Shown here: positions 31,401 to 39,185 of the stretch, in pieces
How positions within the stretch are numbered: the first letter of the stretch is position 1
Layout: each line of letters begins with the position of its first letter
Assembly (NCBI GenBank): GCA_013360215.1
Contig: JABWCP010000001.1
Coordinates: 24,193-88,192, forward strand
Length of the DNA stretch: 64,000 nucleotides
Reading direction: 5' to 3'
From: a bacterium
Lineage (GTDB): Bacteria; CLD3; SB21
The notes under the pieces: generated by a model
Seen by the model: the letters and a program-made list of their open reading frames with translations, nothing else
Told to the model about the DNA's origin: nothing
Database searches by the model: none
Made by a program: the position numbers and the translations under genes

Positions 31401-32141
31401 TATATCGAACTATACAACCGCAGCGAAGCAGCCATTTCCCTGCTCAATTGGGCCATCACGGTTGGCGACGATAAAACACTTCTCGCGCAAACCGATATAT
31501 CCGTTCCTCCGCATGCATACGTCGTGATCGCCGGGACCAAAACATTTCCGGATCGTTACGATTTGGATAAGACGCAGATTATCGTTCCGGTAACCAACCT
31601 TGCCGCGTTACCGGCTAATGGTACGGCGCTGGTGTTGCAGGATTGGGTTGGCACTACGATTGACAGCTTAGCTTATACGGAACTTTGGGGTGGCGGAGAC
31701 GGTTACGCTTTGGAACGAATCCAACCGGACGCCGCATCCGATCTGATGACCTCATGGCGAACATGTGTATTCGTCGAAGGCGGCACGCCGGGAAAAATCA
31801 ACTCGGTGTACAATGGCGATAAGCCTAAAAAAATTCGCATTACCGCCGATCCGAATCCTTTTTTGACAGATGTCGCGGAGAATACCACAATCACCCTCGA
31901 AATGCCGGTAACTTATGCGCGGGTTACGATGAAAATATATGACAACCAGGGTCGTCTTATGATTACCCTGCTCAACAATCAACCGACCGGTGCGCACCGC
32001 GAAGTGATGTGGGATGGACGGGACAAAAACGGCCAACGCGTTCGTATGGGAATATATATTATTTTTATCGAGGCTATCGAAGAGTCCGGCGGATTTAATA
32101 AAACGGCTAAACAAACGATCGTTGTCGGAAAAAGATTATAA
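25437..32141 (+). CDS. Giant (2234 aa) T9SS cargo surface protein: seven lamin-tail-domain (LTD) repeats interleaved with CARDB/Ig-like domains, ending in a Por-secretion-tail sorting domain
   Basis: Seven LTD starts: ITISEVMFS, ITFSEIMFDP, ILISEFMYL, VVINEIMYKPGTGHTEWIELYN, VINEIMYDPGSNRPEWIELYNPG, VINEFMYETDTSRTEFIELYNPG and IINEIMFSPMSGEPEYIELYN, each followed by DL(x)NW. CARDB-like spacers. The C-terminus ARVTMKIYDNQGRLMITLLNNQPTGAHREVMWDGRDKNGQRVRMGIYIIFIEA matches the Por_Secre_tail consensus. Confidence 0.75.
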   Translation: MRQLRFFILLIFTAIPLAFAQSDSITISEVMFSTSNTLDFIELYNYSKTQTIDLAKYIITDGAGNNDSDRISSAGEGLLLYPGQFAILLDPDYFLPPNASGRVYDISIPDTARIVTIDTNQTGGFVLGNGSLSNTTAETIHLIKVQSGIPRDTISRYTYSLGNNTSYSDEKITLNNDNNSSNWTNSIYLNGTPGAPPETNLSINDHRMIFTPPDPLTGASVTIGAIVTNKAITTSDSFRVLFYLDADKNGTADVSELLDSVSYNGSLPRNTSDTIFFTTSSIASGINYYIARIGSIYPYADTVLSDQSLRDSVQTTPAYNVSWSASSVFSPSSPTTGDTVTYARAMYNTGIADITHFAAYLYIDQNHNGMVETGEKVDSSNYNDILPSGDSVVIYFTIPDVQRGKLNLLLDLPADSLGPVPDEQPADNRTSDSANIRAAMSLTLTSASALKPSYNYIADTMAIKAVVHNNGSTTASGFSVMLYHDANTDGLPDTNERVDSVRYTSSLDATVSDSITLYWLPTSEGNVSLIVKLDSSTVQPLTDEDGSDNTHTLNALIYPRPDSITFSEIMFDPLGSEDSNEFVELYNFGSHAVDLLNWQIADSLGHDAIQDAGNGTVLQAGQYAIVFENEYALNTGRYTSRIPSSALVLTINGSTFGSSSSGLVGTYPKQLFLVRSLGDTISTYRYSLDNTEGHSDTKINPSEINTPANWANSLITDGTPGAHAEVNLSLLGQRLRFAPSEIPSGTQTVISVTVKDSGIAPVNIFKIAMYHDTNRNAIPEPEEIIDSLVFSGQLYFGDSVIFTANTPALSYGVHYFIARISQGEVSPYGDTLYYNDMLADSIKTKPSGDIALNRGRLILGEIATRGNSFSIGAYAYNMGTQPVQSFTVRWYEDRDGNYTTAPEERIDSNTYTGNLLPGDSTFLQINYPNATYGKHRIMAEAISSSVQPIADEEPSNNLLVDSIEAGARPRDILISEFMYLAVTDSIPEWIEIYNSSALSISLMNWQLYDKTSDVVLTDRSDTLHAGQFGIIVKDSVVFHKKYGNKLSDVLYIYPPSMPSLNNTGGDIIKLSTPAGLTVDSLNYLTSWGDDEGISLERKLNDSASFSMNNWTLSSDPSGGTPGTKNTATPQLRDLSITSHDILWTPAYPTLGEIFQVKATVRNLGITSSGASTILLYAYSGHDSTLLQTTNSPAILPGDSLVIVSSPITNEPQTYVGIQIDYAEDERLSNNFAKRFVPAATPRQTVVINEIMYKPGTGHTEWIELYNRSQNAVDLRSWRISDGNADLTAPATAKTITTQSVILQPDSFIIIAKDSAQFSSQYGTPLHAVYLSSMPALNDPGDMITIQDSLGGIVDSLVYLSGWGGSSDRTLERRFYDSVSYLTSNWLSCEIPIGATPGHPNSVKPLHHDLSVKASPLRVTPSYPRIGEAFTITAPIYNQGLEPVNDASLRWLRIRAQHDTVILSDEIIGTLNAGDSLKISYSDTARQIGDSIVALILSGSDERTLNNKSAVPLITSTRRNALVINEIMYDPGSNRPEWIELYNPGADTIDLKNWRMADESTIANPKTFAGTSLRIPSQHYVIITKDASALALTYPLLSSPVVTMSSFPTLNQTGDLILLTDSLSVTVDSVFYENTWGGANGFSIERISATDNANSPNNWKTSEANAGATPGVMNSTTPVALDLSIRTNDVWFDPPFPSPGQPVQIHIRIRNKGLQNITNAAVVRVYNDINNDSIPQITEIIDSTIVPALLSGDSLFVTIQWTIPVSASRRLSKALSMGSRKIIIQLDFAGDERTENNLLFTALPLGTPFQSVVINEFMYETDTSRTEFIELYNPGTTSWDLKDWKIADGSSVVSITDVSVSFLSGTYKVLAPDSSFFRKFSTTPASSVIIVPGLPSLNNTGDAIRLADDLGATVDSLTYSNTWGGAKNISVERIDADVSSDEPNNWTTSLTTQGHSAGLVNSIVSAEPFVKQSLIINEIMFSPMSGEPEYIELYNRSEAAISLLNWAITVGDDKTLLAQTDISVPPHAYVVIAGTKTFPDRYDLDKTQIIVPVTNLAALPANGTALVLQDWVGTTIDSLAYTELWGGGDGYALERIQPDAASDLMTSWRTCVFVEGGTPGKINSVYNGDKPKKIRITADPNPFLTDVAENTTITLEMPVTYARVTMKIYDNQGRLMITLLNNQPTGAHREVMWDGRDKNGQRVRMGIYIIFIEAIEESGGFNKTAKQTIVVGKRL

Positions 32142-32145
32142 AAAA

Positions 32146-32207
32146 AACCGCTGCCTCAGAAATAAATTTATTGGGATAAATTTTTTTTTCTTCTGGGACA
32201 GCGGTTC
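32146..32207. terminator. Long imperfect hairpin between convergent genes (bidirectional terminator candidate)
   Basis: aaaccgctgcctcagaa pairs with ttctgggacagcggttc, approx 16 bp with one mismatch and one G-U, around an AT-rich loop that contains T9. Confidence 0.4.
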
Positions 32208-32221
32208 AAATAAATTTCACA

Positions 32222-33016
32222 TCAGAACGGATGTTCCATAGATAAATAAACAAAGATCTGTTTGGTTTTAGAGGAACCGTTGAGTTGCAGCGGTACCGAT
32301 AATCCGGGCACCACCTGCATCGAACCGATTTCTTTGGCAAAGCAGAAACCGGGGTTGATGATATGTGTTCCTTTATTCTTCAGCGACGTCCCGTCAACTT
32401 CATCTTCAAATACGCCCACATATTCTATGAAAACATTCAGATTGGATTTTACCAACCATATCGCGCTGGCGCCGATATTATATGCTTTTTGAATTTTCTT
32501 TTTGCTGCCTACATCCACACCGGGAACCATCGTCATACCCACATTCACATGCGCTGCCCATTGGGCGGAGAAACGTTTACTGACAGGTAGACCGATCTGA
32601 TAGCCTATTTTGCCGGAGCCTAAACCTTTATTATCGTTACCGGTCGGCAGCAGAACCGTAAAACGCGGTGACACATTGTATCCCGCAGGATCGGCCATCC
32701 ACTGATATCGGTAGTTAACAGCCACATCGCCAAAACCGCTCGGACCGTTATGAAGCCACTGATAAGGCAATGTATAACTCAACTGATGTTTTTCCTGATG
32801 CGGTAAAAAAAACATCGGCCACTCCTGCGTCAAACCGTATTCCCAATCTTTCGACGGTCTTGTATAGATAAGACCCGAAATGTGCTGCACGACCCGCGCT
32901 TCCTGATTGTAAGCTTCCTCCAGCATAAACGAATTGTCACTGATTGCTTCGGGATATTCGGTTTGCGCCCAAAGGCTTTGAACACCGACCAAAATGAAGA
33001 GTAACCGCTTAATCAT
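32222..33016 (-). CDS. Outer-membrane beta-barrel protein (MetA/phenol-degradation-type transporter family)
   Basis: Signal peptide MIKRLLFILVGVQSLWA, alternating-strand pattern and a C-terminal F. First ATG consistent with the signal peptide is 33016. Confidence 0.5.
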   Translation of the reverse strand: MIKRLLFILVGVQSLWAQTEYPEAISDNSFMLEEAYNQEARVVQHISGLIYTRPSKDWEYGLTQEWPMFFLPHQEKHQLSYTLPYQWLHNGPSGFGDVAVNYRYQWMADPAGYNVSPRFTVLLPTGNDNKGLGSGKIGYQIGLPVSKRFSAQWAAHVNVGMTMVPGVDVGSKKKIQKAYNIGASAIWLVKSNLNVFIEYVGVFEDEVDGTSLKNKGTHIINPGFCFAKEIGSMQVVPGLSVPLQLNGSSKTKQIFVYLSMEHPF

Positions 33017-33029
33017 GATGATCTCCTTG

Positions 33030-33734
33030 TTAATGATGATGTTTACGTTTGATGACATGAAGTCTTTGCGGGCGAATCGTAATTTCGGAAATCACTGTCC
33101 CGTCACGCTGCGTAAGTACGTACCCAACGGTATCTGCTACCTCCTGAGGTTCAATATACGTATCGGTTTCGTCAGACGGTGAAAAATTCAGATTATCGTA
33201 AAATGCAGTACGCGTAATATCCGGATTGATATTCACGACTTTTACGCCTTGTTTGCGGCATTCATCAAATAAAGAAGCCGAAAAATGCCGTAAACCCGCT
33301 TTGGTGGCGGCATAAGCGGCGCCCATACGGCTGGGTTCCAAGGCCGTTACGGAAGCAATATGAATGATAAACCCGCGTTGTTCGCGAATACGGCGTAAAA
33401 AAAGATGCGTAAGAATAAGCGGCGCCGTCAGATTGGTCGTTACCATATCCTGTAGCGTGCGCAAAGGAATTTCCTCATGCGGCGCAAAATATCCGAATCC
33501 GGCGCTGTGTATTAACACATCCAGCGATTCTTTCGTCGGCCATTTTTTTTCAACTTCTTCGAGCGCATTTATATCCCGAACGTCACACACTATCGGTACG
33601 AAGTTCGCATGACGCCAGGTTGTTTTATCAAAATTACGTGCAAGTCCATAAACCCGGTACCCCATTTCAGTAAGCTTCTGCGCCGTGGCCAATCCTATCC
33701 CGGATGAAGCGCCGGTTATCAATGCCGTTTTCAT
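33030..33734 (-). CDS. SDR-family short-chain dehydrogenase/reductase
   Basis: TGASSGIG Rossmann motif and catalytic YAATK. ATGA overlap with the upstream radical SAM gene. Confidence 0.8.
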   Translation of the reverse strand: MKTALITGASSGIGLATAQKLTEMGYRVYGLARNFDKTTWRHANFVPIVCDVRDINALEEVEKKWPTKESLDVLIHSAGFGYFAPHEEIPLRTLQDMVTTNLTAPLILTHLFLRRIREQRGFIIHIASVTALEPSRMGAAYAATKAGLRHFSASLFDECRKQGVKVVNINPDITRTAFYDNLNFSPSDETDTYIEPQEVADTVGYVLTQRDGTVISEITIRPQRLHVIKRKHHH

Positions 33735-34750
33735 AGGATTATCCTCTCCTCTTGGACATAAGGACTCATTGTTTTACGAATGAAATCCAGCATACTTTCC
33801 CGATCGAGGTCAGTATAACTCATAGTTTGATCTTTTTCGTCGTACGGATAAAACAAAATATCGGAATCAACACGCATAGCACGAATATTATTAAGATAAT
33901 TTTTATTCATACGAAAAACACCCAGACTTACATCATGCAGCGCTGCGCCCGGAATACGTTCGAATATGTATTCAATACAACGGCTATATACGGCTTGCCA
34001 ATCCTTGATTTTCAAAATCGGATCGATACACAAACGCACTTTCCGTCCGTCTTTTACAGCTTGTGCCATCGCCGAAAGTCTTGTATCTAATGGCGGCGTG
34101 CCGGATTCATATACTTTTATAATCTCATCCGGTGAGCATGTCCATGCCAAAATCACGTTATCTGAAACCGGCGTATCGCGTATGGCATCATAAGCGCCGG
34201 ATTTGGTGCGAATTTCAACCACCAGATCCCGTCGTTGTGCGGCGAAATGAATCCAGCGATGACACTGCGGGAGAAATGACTCCATCGCCAGCAAATCGGT
34301 ATCGTACGATACACACAAATACAGGGGACCCTTGGCCAACTCAGCAACGACGCTATCAAAAAAAGCATCCGGATTGACAAAGAACAAAAGATGCGCTGAC
34401 GGGAACATACCCTGCAAATAACAATAATCACAATTGTAAACACAGTTGAGCGCCATCGCATTGTAAAAAAAACGATCATGCCCGAAACTCGGCGTCTGCG
34501 GTGAACCGGCGTATAAATAACCTTCGCGTTTGACAGCAAGAATGATATCCATCGCCCGTTTTTGAAGCTGAAAGTCTTGATGCTTGCGGTTAAAAACATC
34601 TTTATAATGCCGTATCGGAATGCGTCGGGCTGTCGGAAACCGCGCAAGAATAGTTTGCGCGTCCGGATAAGCTTCTGCGCCGTCCTCGATATAAATACGG
34701 CTAAAATGTTTACTGAATGAGCTTTTGTCGAAGCCGCTCCACGCGTGCAT
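33731..34750 (-). CDS. Spore-photoproduct-lyase-like (SPL family) radical SAM protein
   Basis: CVYNCDYCYL (CxxxCxxC, SPL type) and SPL-like length and fold features. Confidence 0.65.
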   Translation of the reverse strand: MHAWSGFDKSSFSKHFSRIYIEDGAEAYPDAQTILARFPTARRIPIRHYKDVFNRKHQDFQLQKRAMDIILAVKREGYLYAGSPQTPSFGHDRFFYNAMALNCVYNCDYCYLQGMFPSAHLLFFVNPDAFFDSVVAELAKGPLYLCVSYDTDLLAMESFLPQCHRWIHFAAQRRDLVVEIRTKSGAYDAIRDTPVSDNVILAWTCSPDEIIKVYESGTPPLDTRLSAMAQAVKDGRKVRLCIDPILKIKDWQAVYSRCIEYIFERIPGAALHDVSLGVFRMNKNYLNNIRAMRVDSDILFYPYDEKDQTMSYTDLDRESMLDFIRKTMSPYVQEERIIL

Positions 34751-35543
34751 TGCGCTCCTGTTTATTTTCTCCGGCCCATTGTGTCATATCCATGAGATCA
34801 CCGGGTAAGTAACCATTACGAATTTTATAACTGCGTGCCGCATCAAAAAGCGCTATACGCTGGGCATGACTGGGTTTGATCATTTCAAAAATGTGCTGCA
34901 TGGTTTCCTGTTCATTCACACCCAACACTTCTTTATCAATATACATCGCCGACAGAACATCCAGACACGAGGAAAACTTCGGCAAACATTGCATAGTAAG
35001 ATTTTCGATAAAATCCGAAGTTATACCCTTGATTTGTAAATGATCGGACACGATTTTCAGAACATGAATACGTTCTAACGGCAAAAAACGCGTTGATGCA
35101 ACAAAAAAACCGCTCGCCTCCATATCATAGAGCGCATGGTCAACGGAACTTACAGACTGGTTTTCTTGCGGCCGATCTACGGTTCGCAAAACACTCTCCC
35201 CCATCGTCAAACGGATACTCCCGTCGGGATAATAATCTCTGCCGGAAACTACGTCCGTGATCTTGTGAATGCGCCAAAGCGAGCCGATATCGAGTGATGT
35301 ATCCGATGCGCCGCAGATTCCGAAATTCCACAACGTATGAAGATGGCCTGTCGTGTAGAGGTACGTAGCAGCCGTTGCTGATTTGATTTTTCCGATCCCG
35401 CTGACGATCAGGCTTATGGTTTCGTTTTCGAACACTTCAAACGCCGTATGCGCGATGTTTTTTTTCAATCGCCATGCGCGTATCAGCGGCGCGGCTTCCG
35501 GGCGTAATGCGACGACGATACCGTGCTTAGTGCTTTTTTTCAC
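34710..35543 (-). CDS. PNP_UDP_1-family nucleosidase (MTA/SAH-nucleosidase-like) with a C-terminal extension
   Basis: HGIVVALRPEAAPLI...ISLIVSGIGKIKSA...WNFGICGA matches the MTAN/PNP fold. The ORF-track start at 35585 is TTG. GTG 35543 gives a conventional N-terminus. Exact start is uncertain. Confidence 0.5.
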   Translation of the reverse strand: MKKSTKHGIVVALRPEAAPLIRAWRLKKNIAHTAFEVFENETISLIVSGIGKIKSATAATYLYTTGHLHTLWNFGICGASDTSLDIGSLWRIHKITDVVSGRDYYPDGSIRLTMGESVLRTVDRPQENQSVSSVDHALYDMEASGFFVASTRFLPLERIHVLKIVSDHLQIKGITSDFIENLTMQCLPKFSSCLDVLSAMYIDKEVLGVNEQETMQHIFEMIKPSHAQRIALFDAARSYKIRNGYLPGDLMDMTQWAGENKQERNARVERLRQKLIQ

Positions 35544-35937
35544 AAAGCTCCAGTAATACGCCGCCTGTGGACTTAGGATGCACAAATGCTATTTTGGCGC
35601 CGTGCGCACCTGTTTTCGGTACTTCATCAATAAGCTGAAATCCTTTAGCTTTGAGATCGGCGAGTTTTTCTTCGATTCCCGTCACACCGATCGCGACATG
35701 CGCAATACCGCCTTTACCATTATTTTTTTCAATGAATTTGGTAATCGGGCTTTCGGGATCAGTACCCGCAAGTAATTCGATCGAAGATTCGCCGACTTTA
35801 AAAAAAGCCGTCTCGACTTTTTGATCCGCCACGATTTCGCGACCATGGTATTCAAATCCCATAGCCTTATATAATTCGATGAATTTTTCAAGATCGGGTA
35901 CTGCAATTCCGAGATGATCGATTTTTTCGAGTTTCAT
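35527..35937 (-). CDS. mce: Methylmalonyl-CoA epimerase (VOC/glyoxalase family)
   Basis: 136 aa. IDHLGIAV...GIAHVAIGV...GVLLEL. Confidence 0.75.
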   Translation of the reverse strand: MKLEKIDHLGIAVPDLEKFIELYKAMGFEYHGREIVADQKVETAFFKVGESSIELLAGTDPESPITKFIEKNNGKGGIAHVAIGVTGIEEKLADLKAKGFQLIDEVPKTGAHGAKIAFVHPKSTGGVLLELCEKKH

Positions 35938-35942
35938 CTGCG

Positions 35943-36818
35943 TTATCCTTGTTTTGCCGCTTTAAGTGTATTTTTGAGTAGCATAACGATCGTCATCGGA
36001 CCCACACCGCCGGGAACGGGTGTGATGGCTGACGCCACTTCTTTGGCCGAATCAAAGTGAACATCCCCTACCAAACGTGATCCCGATTTGGTGGACGGAT
36101 CGGATATGCGATTGATTCCCACGTCAATCACCACCGCGCCCGGCTTGAGCATTTCGCCGCGTATCATTTCCGCACGCCCCACCGCCGCAACGACGATATC
36201 GGCTTGCTTGATAAAATATGTCATGTCCGGTGTTCCCGTATGGCATACCGTCACGGTAGAATTAGCGCCTTTGGCTTTTTGCACCAGCATATTGGCCAAA
36301 GGTTTTCCCACGATATTGCTACGTCCTACGATCACGGTATGTTTTCCTGATGGGTCGGCGTCCGAACGCATGAGTAATTCCTGCACCCCGGCCGGTGTAC
36401 ATGGCAAAAAAATCGCATCCCCTATCGCCAAACGGCCGACGTTAAAAGGATGAAAACAATCTACGTCCTTGGCCGGATTGATGGCATTGATGATAAGCGA
36501 TTCATTGATGTGTTTTGGCAAAGGCAATTGCACTAAAATACCGGTGACCGAAGGATCCTTGTTAAGCCGATCAATCAGAGCCAGCAGATCTTTTTCAGGC
36601 ATCGTTGTGGGTTGTTTGATCGTTTCATGTGCCATGCCGACTTGTTCACAGGCCAACCCTTTGTTGCGAACATAAACTTGTGAGGCCGGATCTTCGCCGA
36701 CTAAGACAACGACCAATTTGGGCTGCACATTTTTTATTTTAAGCGCTTCGACTTCTTGCGCAATTTCACGTTTGATGGATTCGGCGATTTGTTTACCATC
36801 GATTATTTTTGCATTCAC
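35943..36818 (-). CDS. folD: Bifunctional methylenetetrahydrofolate dehydrogenase/cyclohydrolase
   Basis: IIDGKQIAESIK, PGGVGPMT and GRSNIVGKP. GTG start. Confidence 0.9.
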   Translation of the reverse strand: MNAKIIDGKQIAESIKREIAQEVEALKIKNVQPKLVVVLVGEDPASQVYVRNKGLACEQVGMAHETIKQPTTMPEKDLLALIDRLNKDPSVTGILVQLPLPKHINESLIINAINPAKDVDCFHPFNVGRLAIGDAIFLPCTPAGVQELLMRSDADPSGKHTVIVGRSNIVGKPLANMLVQKAKGANSTVTVCHTGTPDMTYFIKQADIVVAAVGRAEMIRGEMLKPGAVVIDVGINRISDPSTKSGSRLVGDVHFDSAKEVASAITPVPGGVGPMTIVMLLKNTLKAAKQG

Positions 36819-36875
36819 GGATGTATCCTCGTATATAGATTCGATAATGAAGTTATTTTTACAAACCGATTGTTT

Positions 36876-38555
36876 CTAATATCCAGCCGCATATCCCATA
36901 ATTCGTTGATCCGCTTCCCCGTGATAATATCCAGTCCGAGGATCAATCCAGATGGAATGGGCGTCACCGATAAATGGCCGTTCTGATAATATATATCCGT
37001 TTCGTAATAAAAAAGCACGTCGCGTTTCGTCTAGTTTATCTTTTTCGTAGGATAACACATTCGGTGACCACGTATGACTCAAGCGTGGACGATCCACCGC
37101 CTTCCGCAAGGAATCCCCATAATCTATCATACCGATGATGATTTGCAGTACGGTATTGATGATTGTTTTACCGCCGGGCGAACCCGTGATCAAAAACGGT
37201 TTGTCATCTTTGAGAATGATCACCGGTGTCATCGAACTCAACATGCGCTTATGCGGTTCGATACGATTGGGTTTTTGCCCATGAACGGGAAAACGATTAC
37301 TATCCGGAAAAATATCAAAATCATGCATTTCATTATTGAGCAAAAATCCTAAACCGGTCACCACAGCTTTGGAACCAAAATTATCTTCGAGAGTATAGGT
37401 ATTGGAAACGCAATTACCGTCTTTATCAATGACCGAAAAATGTGTAGTCTCGTTCGGCTCCTGCTTCATGGCTAAGGCCGGTATTTTAGCATTGATACGC
37501 GCCGAATCAATCCATGAAGCCAACTTGCGAGCCAGTACTTTATCCGTCAGAGCGGAAACCGGAATATCTGAAAAATCAGGATCACCGAGATAAACTAACC
37601 TGTCTAAAAAGGAACGGCGCATCGTTTCGATCACGCGGCGCGTTGATATCGAATCGTCATGCAGTGTAAAATTTTCGAGTATATTCAACATCTCGATCAA
37701 TGTCACTCCACCCGAAGACGGCGGCGGCATGCTGTATATGGTATAACCGCGATAATTCCCTCGTATGGGTTCCCGCACCACCGCTTCGTAGGCCGCAAGA
37801 TCCGCCTGCGTGATCAGACCGCCATGCGCTTTCATATCATCGGCTATTTGTGTGGCGATTTTACCCCGGTAAAAAACATCCGCACCTTCATCGGCTATAG
37901 CACGCAAAGTCGCTGCTAGTTCTTTTTGAATCCACCGTTCGCCCTCGGCATAAGGTGATCCGTCGGCTTTAAAAAACATGCGCGCCGTTTCATCAAACCG
38001 TTTGAGTGCCGGCGCAAATTCACTTAGTCGCCGTGCTTCTGCCGCCTCGAGAATAAACCCTTCTTCCGCGAGACGTATCGCGGGGTTTATCAGTTCCGAC
38101 CAGGGCAGCTTACCGTACAATTTCCATGCTTTTTCAAGCCCGCGAACTGTTCCCGGCACACCGGCAACTTTGTATCCATAATTACTGGCGATCGTATCCT
38201 CGCTGCCATCCGCATTCAAAAACATGCGTGCATGCGCTTGATGCGGCGCTTTTTCACGATAGTCTATGGCTTTCACATTTCCGTCGGATGTTCGCACCAT
38301 CATAAATCCGCCACCGCCGATATTGCCGGCTTGCGGATACGTCACGGCCAAAGCAAAAGCCGTAGCAATAGCCGCGTCCACGGCATGGCCGCCTTTTTGT
38401 AAAATTTCCAACCCGACACGCGCCGCATTCTGATCAACACAGACCACGACACCGTTTTGTGCGGTTACGGAAGATGATATACGCGATGTTTGGTGCGAAT
38501 TCTGACAGGAGGGAAAAATTATCAGTGCGGTAAGAAAAAAAATCCGAAGAAGCAT
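36876..38555 (-). CDS. ggt: Gamma-glutamyltranspeptidase
   Basis: Catalytic threonine segment TTHFSVIDKDGN, plus GSPGGKTII. Confidence 0.9.
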   Translation of the reverse strand: MLLRIFFLTALIIFPSCQNSHQTSRISSSVTAQNGVVVCVDQNAARVGLEILQKGGHAVDAAIATAFALAVTYPQAGNIGGGGFMMVRTSDGNVKAIDYREKAPHQAHARMFLNADGSEDTIASNYGYKVAGVPGTVRGLEKAWKLYGKLPWSELINPAIRLAEEGFILEAAEARRLSEFAPALKRFDETARMFFKADGSPYAEGERWIQKELAATLRAIADEGADVFYRGKIATQIADDMKAHGGLITQADLAAYEAVVREPIRGNYRGYTIYSMPPPSSGGVTLIEMLNILENFTLHDDSISTRRVIETMRRSFLDRLVYLGDPDFSDIPVSALTDKVLARKLASWIDSARINAKIPALAMKQEPNETTHFSVIDKDGNCVSNTYTLEDNFGSKAVVTGLGFLLNNEMHDFDIFPDSNRFPVHGQKPNRIEPHKRMLSSMTPVIILKDDKPFLITGSPGGKTIINTVLQIIIGMIDYGDSLRKAVDRPRLSHTWSPNVLSYEKDKLDETRRAFLLRNGYILSERPFIGDAHSIWIDPRTGYYHGEADQRIMGYAAGY

Positions 38556-38691
38556 AATCCCAATCTCAAACTAAATTGCTGAAGCAATTTAGCGAATATG
38601 ATAAAAAACCACAAGCAACGATTGTATAACGTGTAAGCTTCGTTTCGCGATTTTTATAGTTAAAACGAAGCTTACGCAAGGTTCAAAAAAA

Positions 38692-39168
38692 TCACATCAA
38701 GGCTTCACGCACCGCGGCTTCAAATTTGGCCTTGGATTGCAAACCGATCATGGTTTTTACGGATTTACCGTTTTTATCAATGATCACCGTCGTGGGAAAT
38801 GCCTGCACTTGAAACTGTTGGGCGAACGCATCGTCACCATACCATACCGGATAATTGATATTAAATTCTTTCACCGTCGGCTTCGAAGCTTCGGCGGATT
38901 CGGACTCGAGAAGAACACCGAGCACAACTACATCTTTGTCCTTCATTTCGTTATGCAAAGCGATGAGATCCGGAATTTCTTTTTTACATGGTCCGCACCA
39001 CGTCGCCCAAATATTTAATAAAACCGTTTTGCCGCGGTATTGTGAAAGCGAAACGGTATTCCCGTCGAGATCTTTGATCGTAAAATCCACAGCGCCACCC
39101 GATCCGGGTTTATTGCAACCCGATAACATGAGTCCTGACAAAACAAATATCGCGAGAGACCAACGCAT
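38692..39168 (-). CDS. TlpA-like thiol-disulfide oxidoreductase lipoprotein
   Basis: Lipobox LSGC and thioredoxin active site WATWCGPC. Confidence 0.8.
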   Translation of the reverse strand: MRWSLAIFVLSGLMLSGCNKPGSGGAVDFTIKDLDGNTVSLSQYRGKTVLLNIWATWCGPCKKEIPDLIALHNEMKDKDVVVLGVLLESESAEASKPTVKEFNINYPVWYGDDAFAQQFQVQAFPTTVIIDKNGKSVKTMIGLQSKAKFEAAVREALM

Positions 39169-39185
39169 AAAAACTCCTTATGAAG

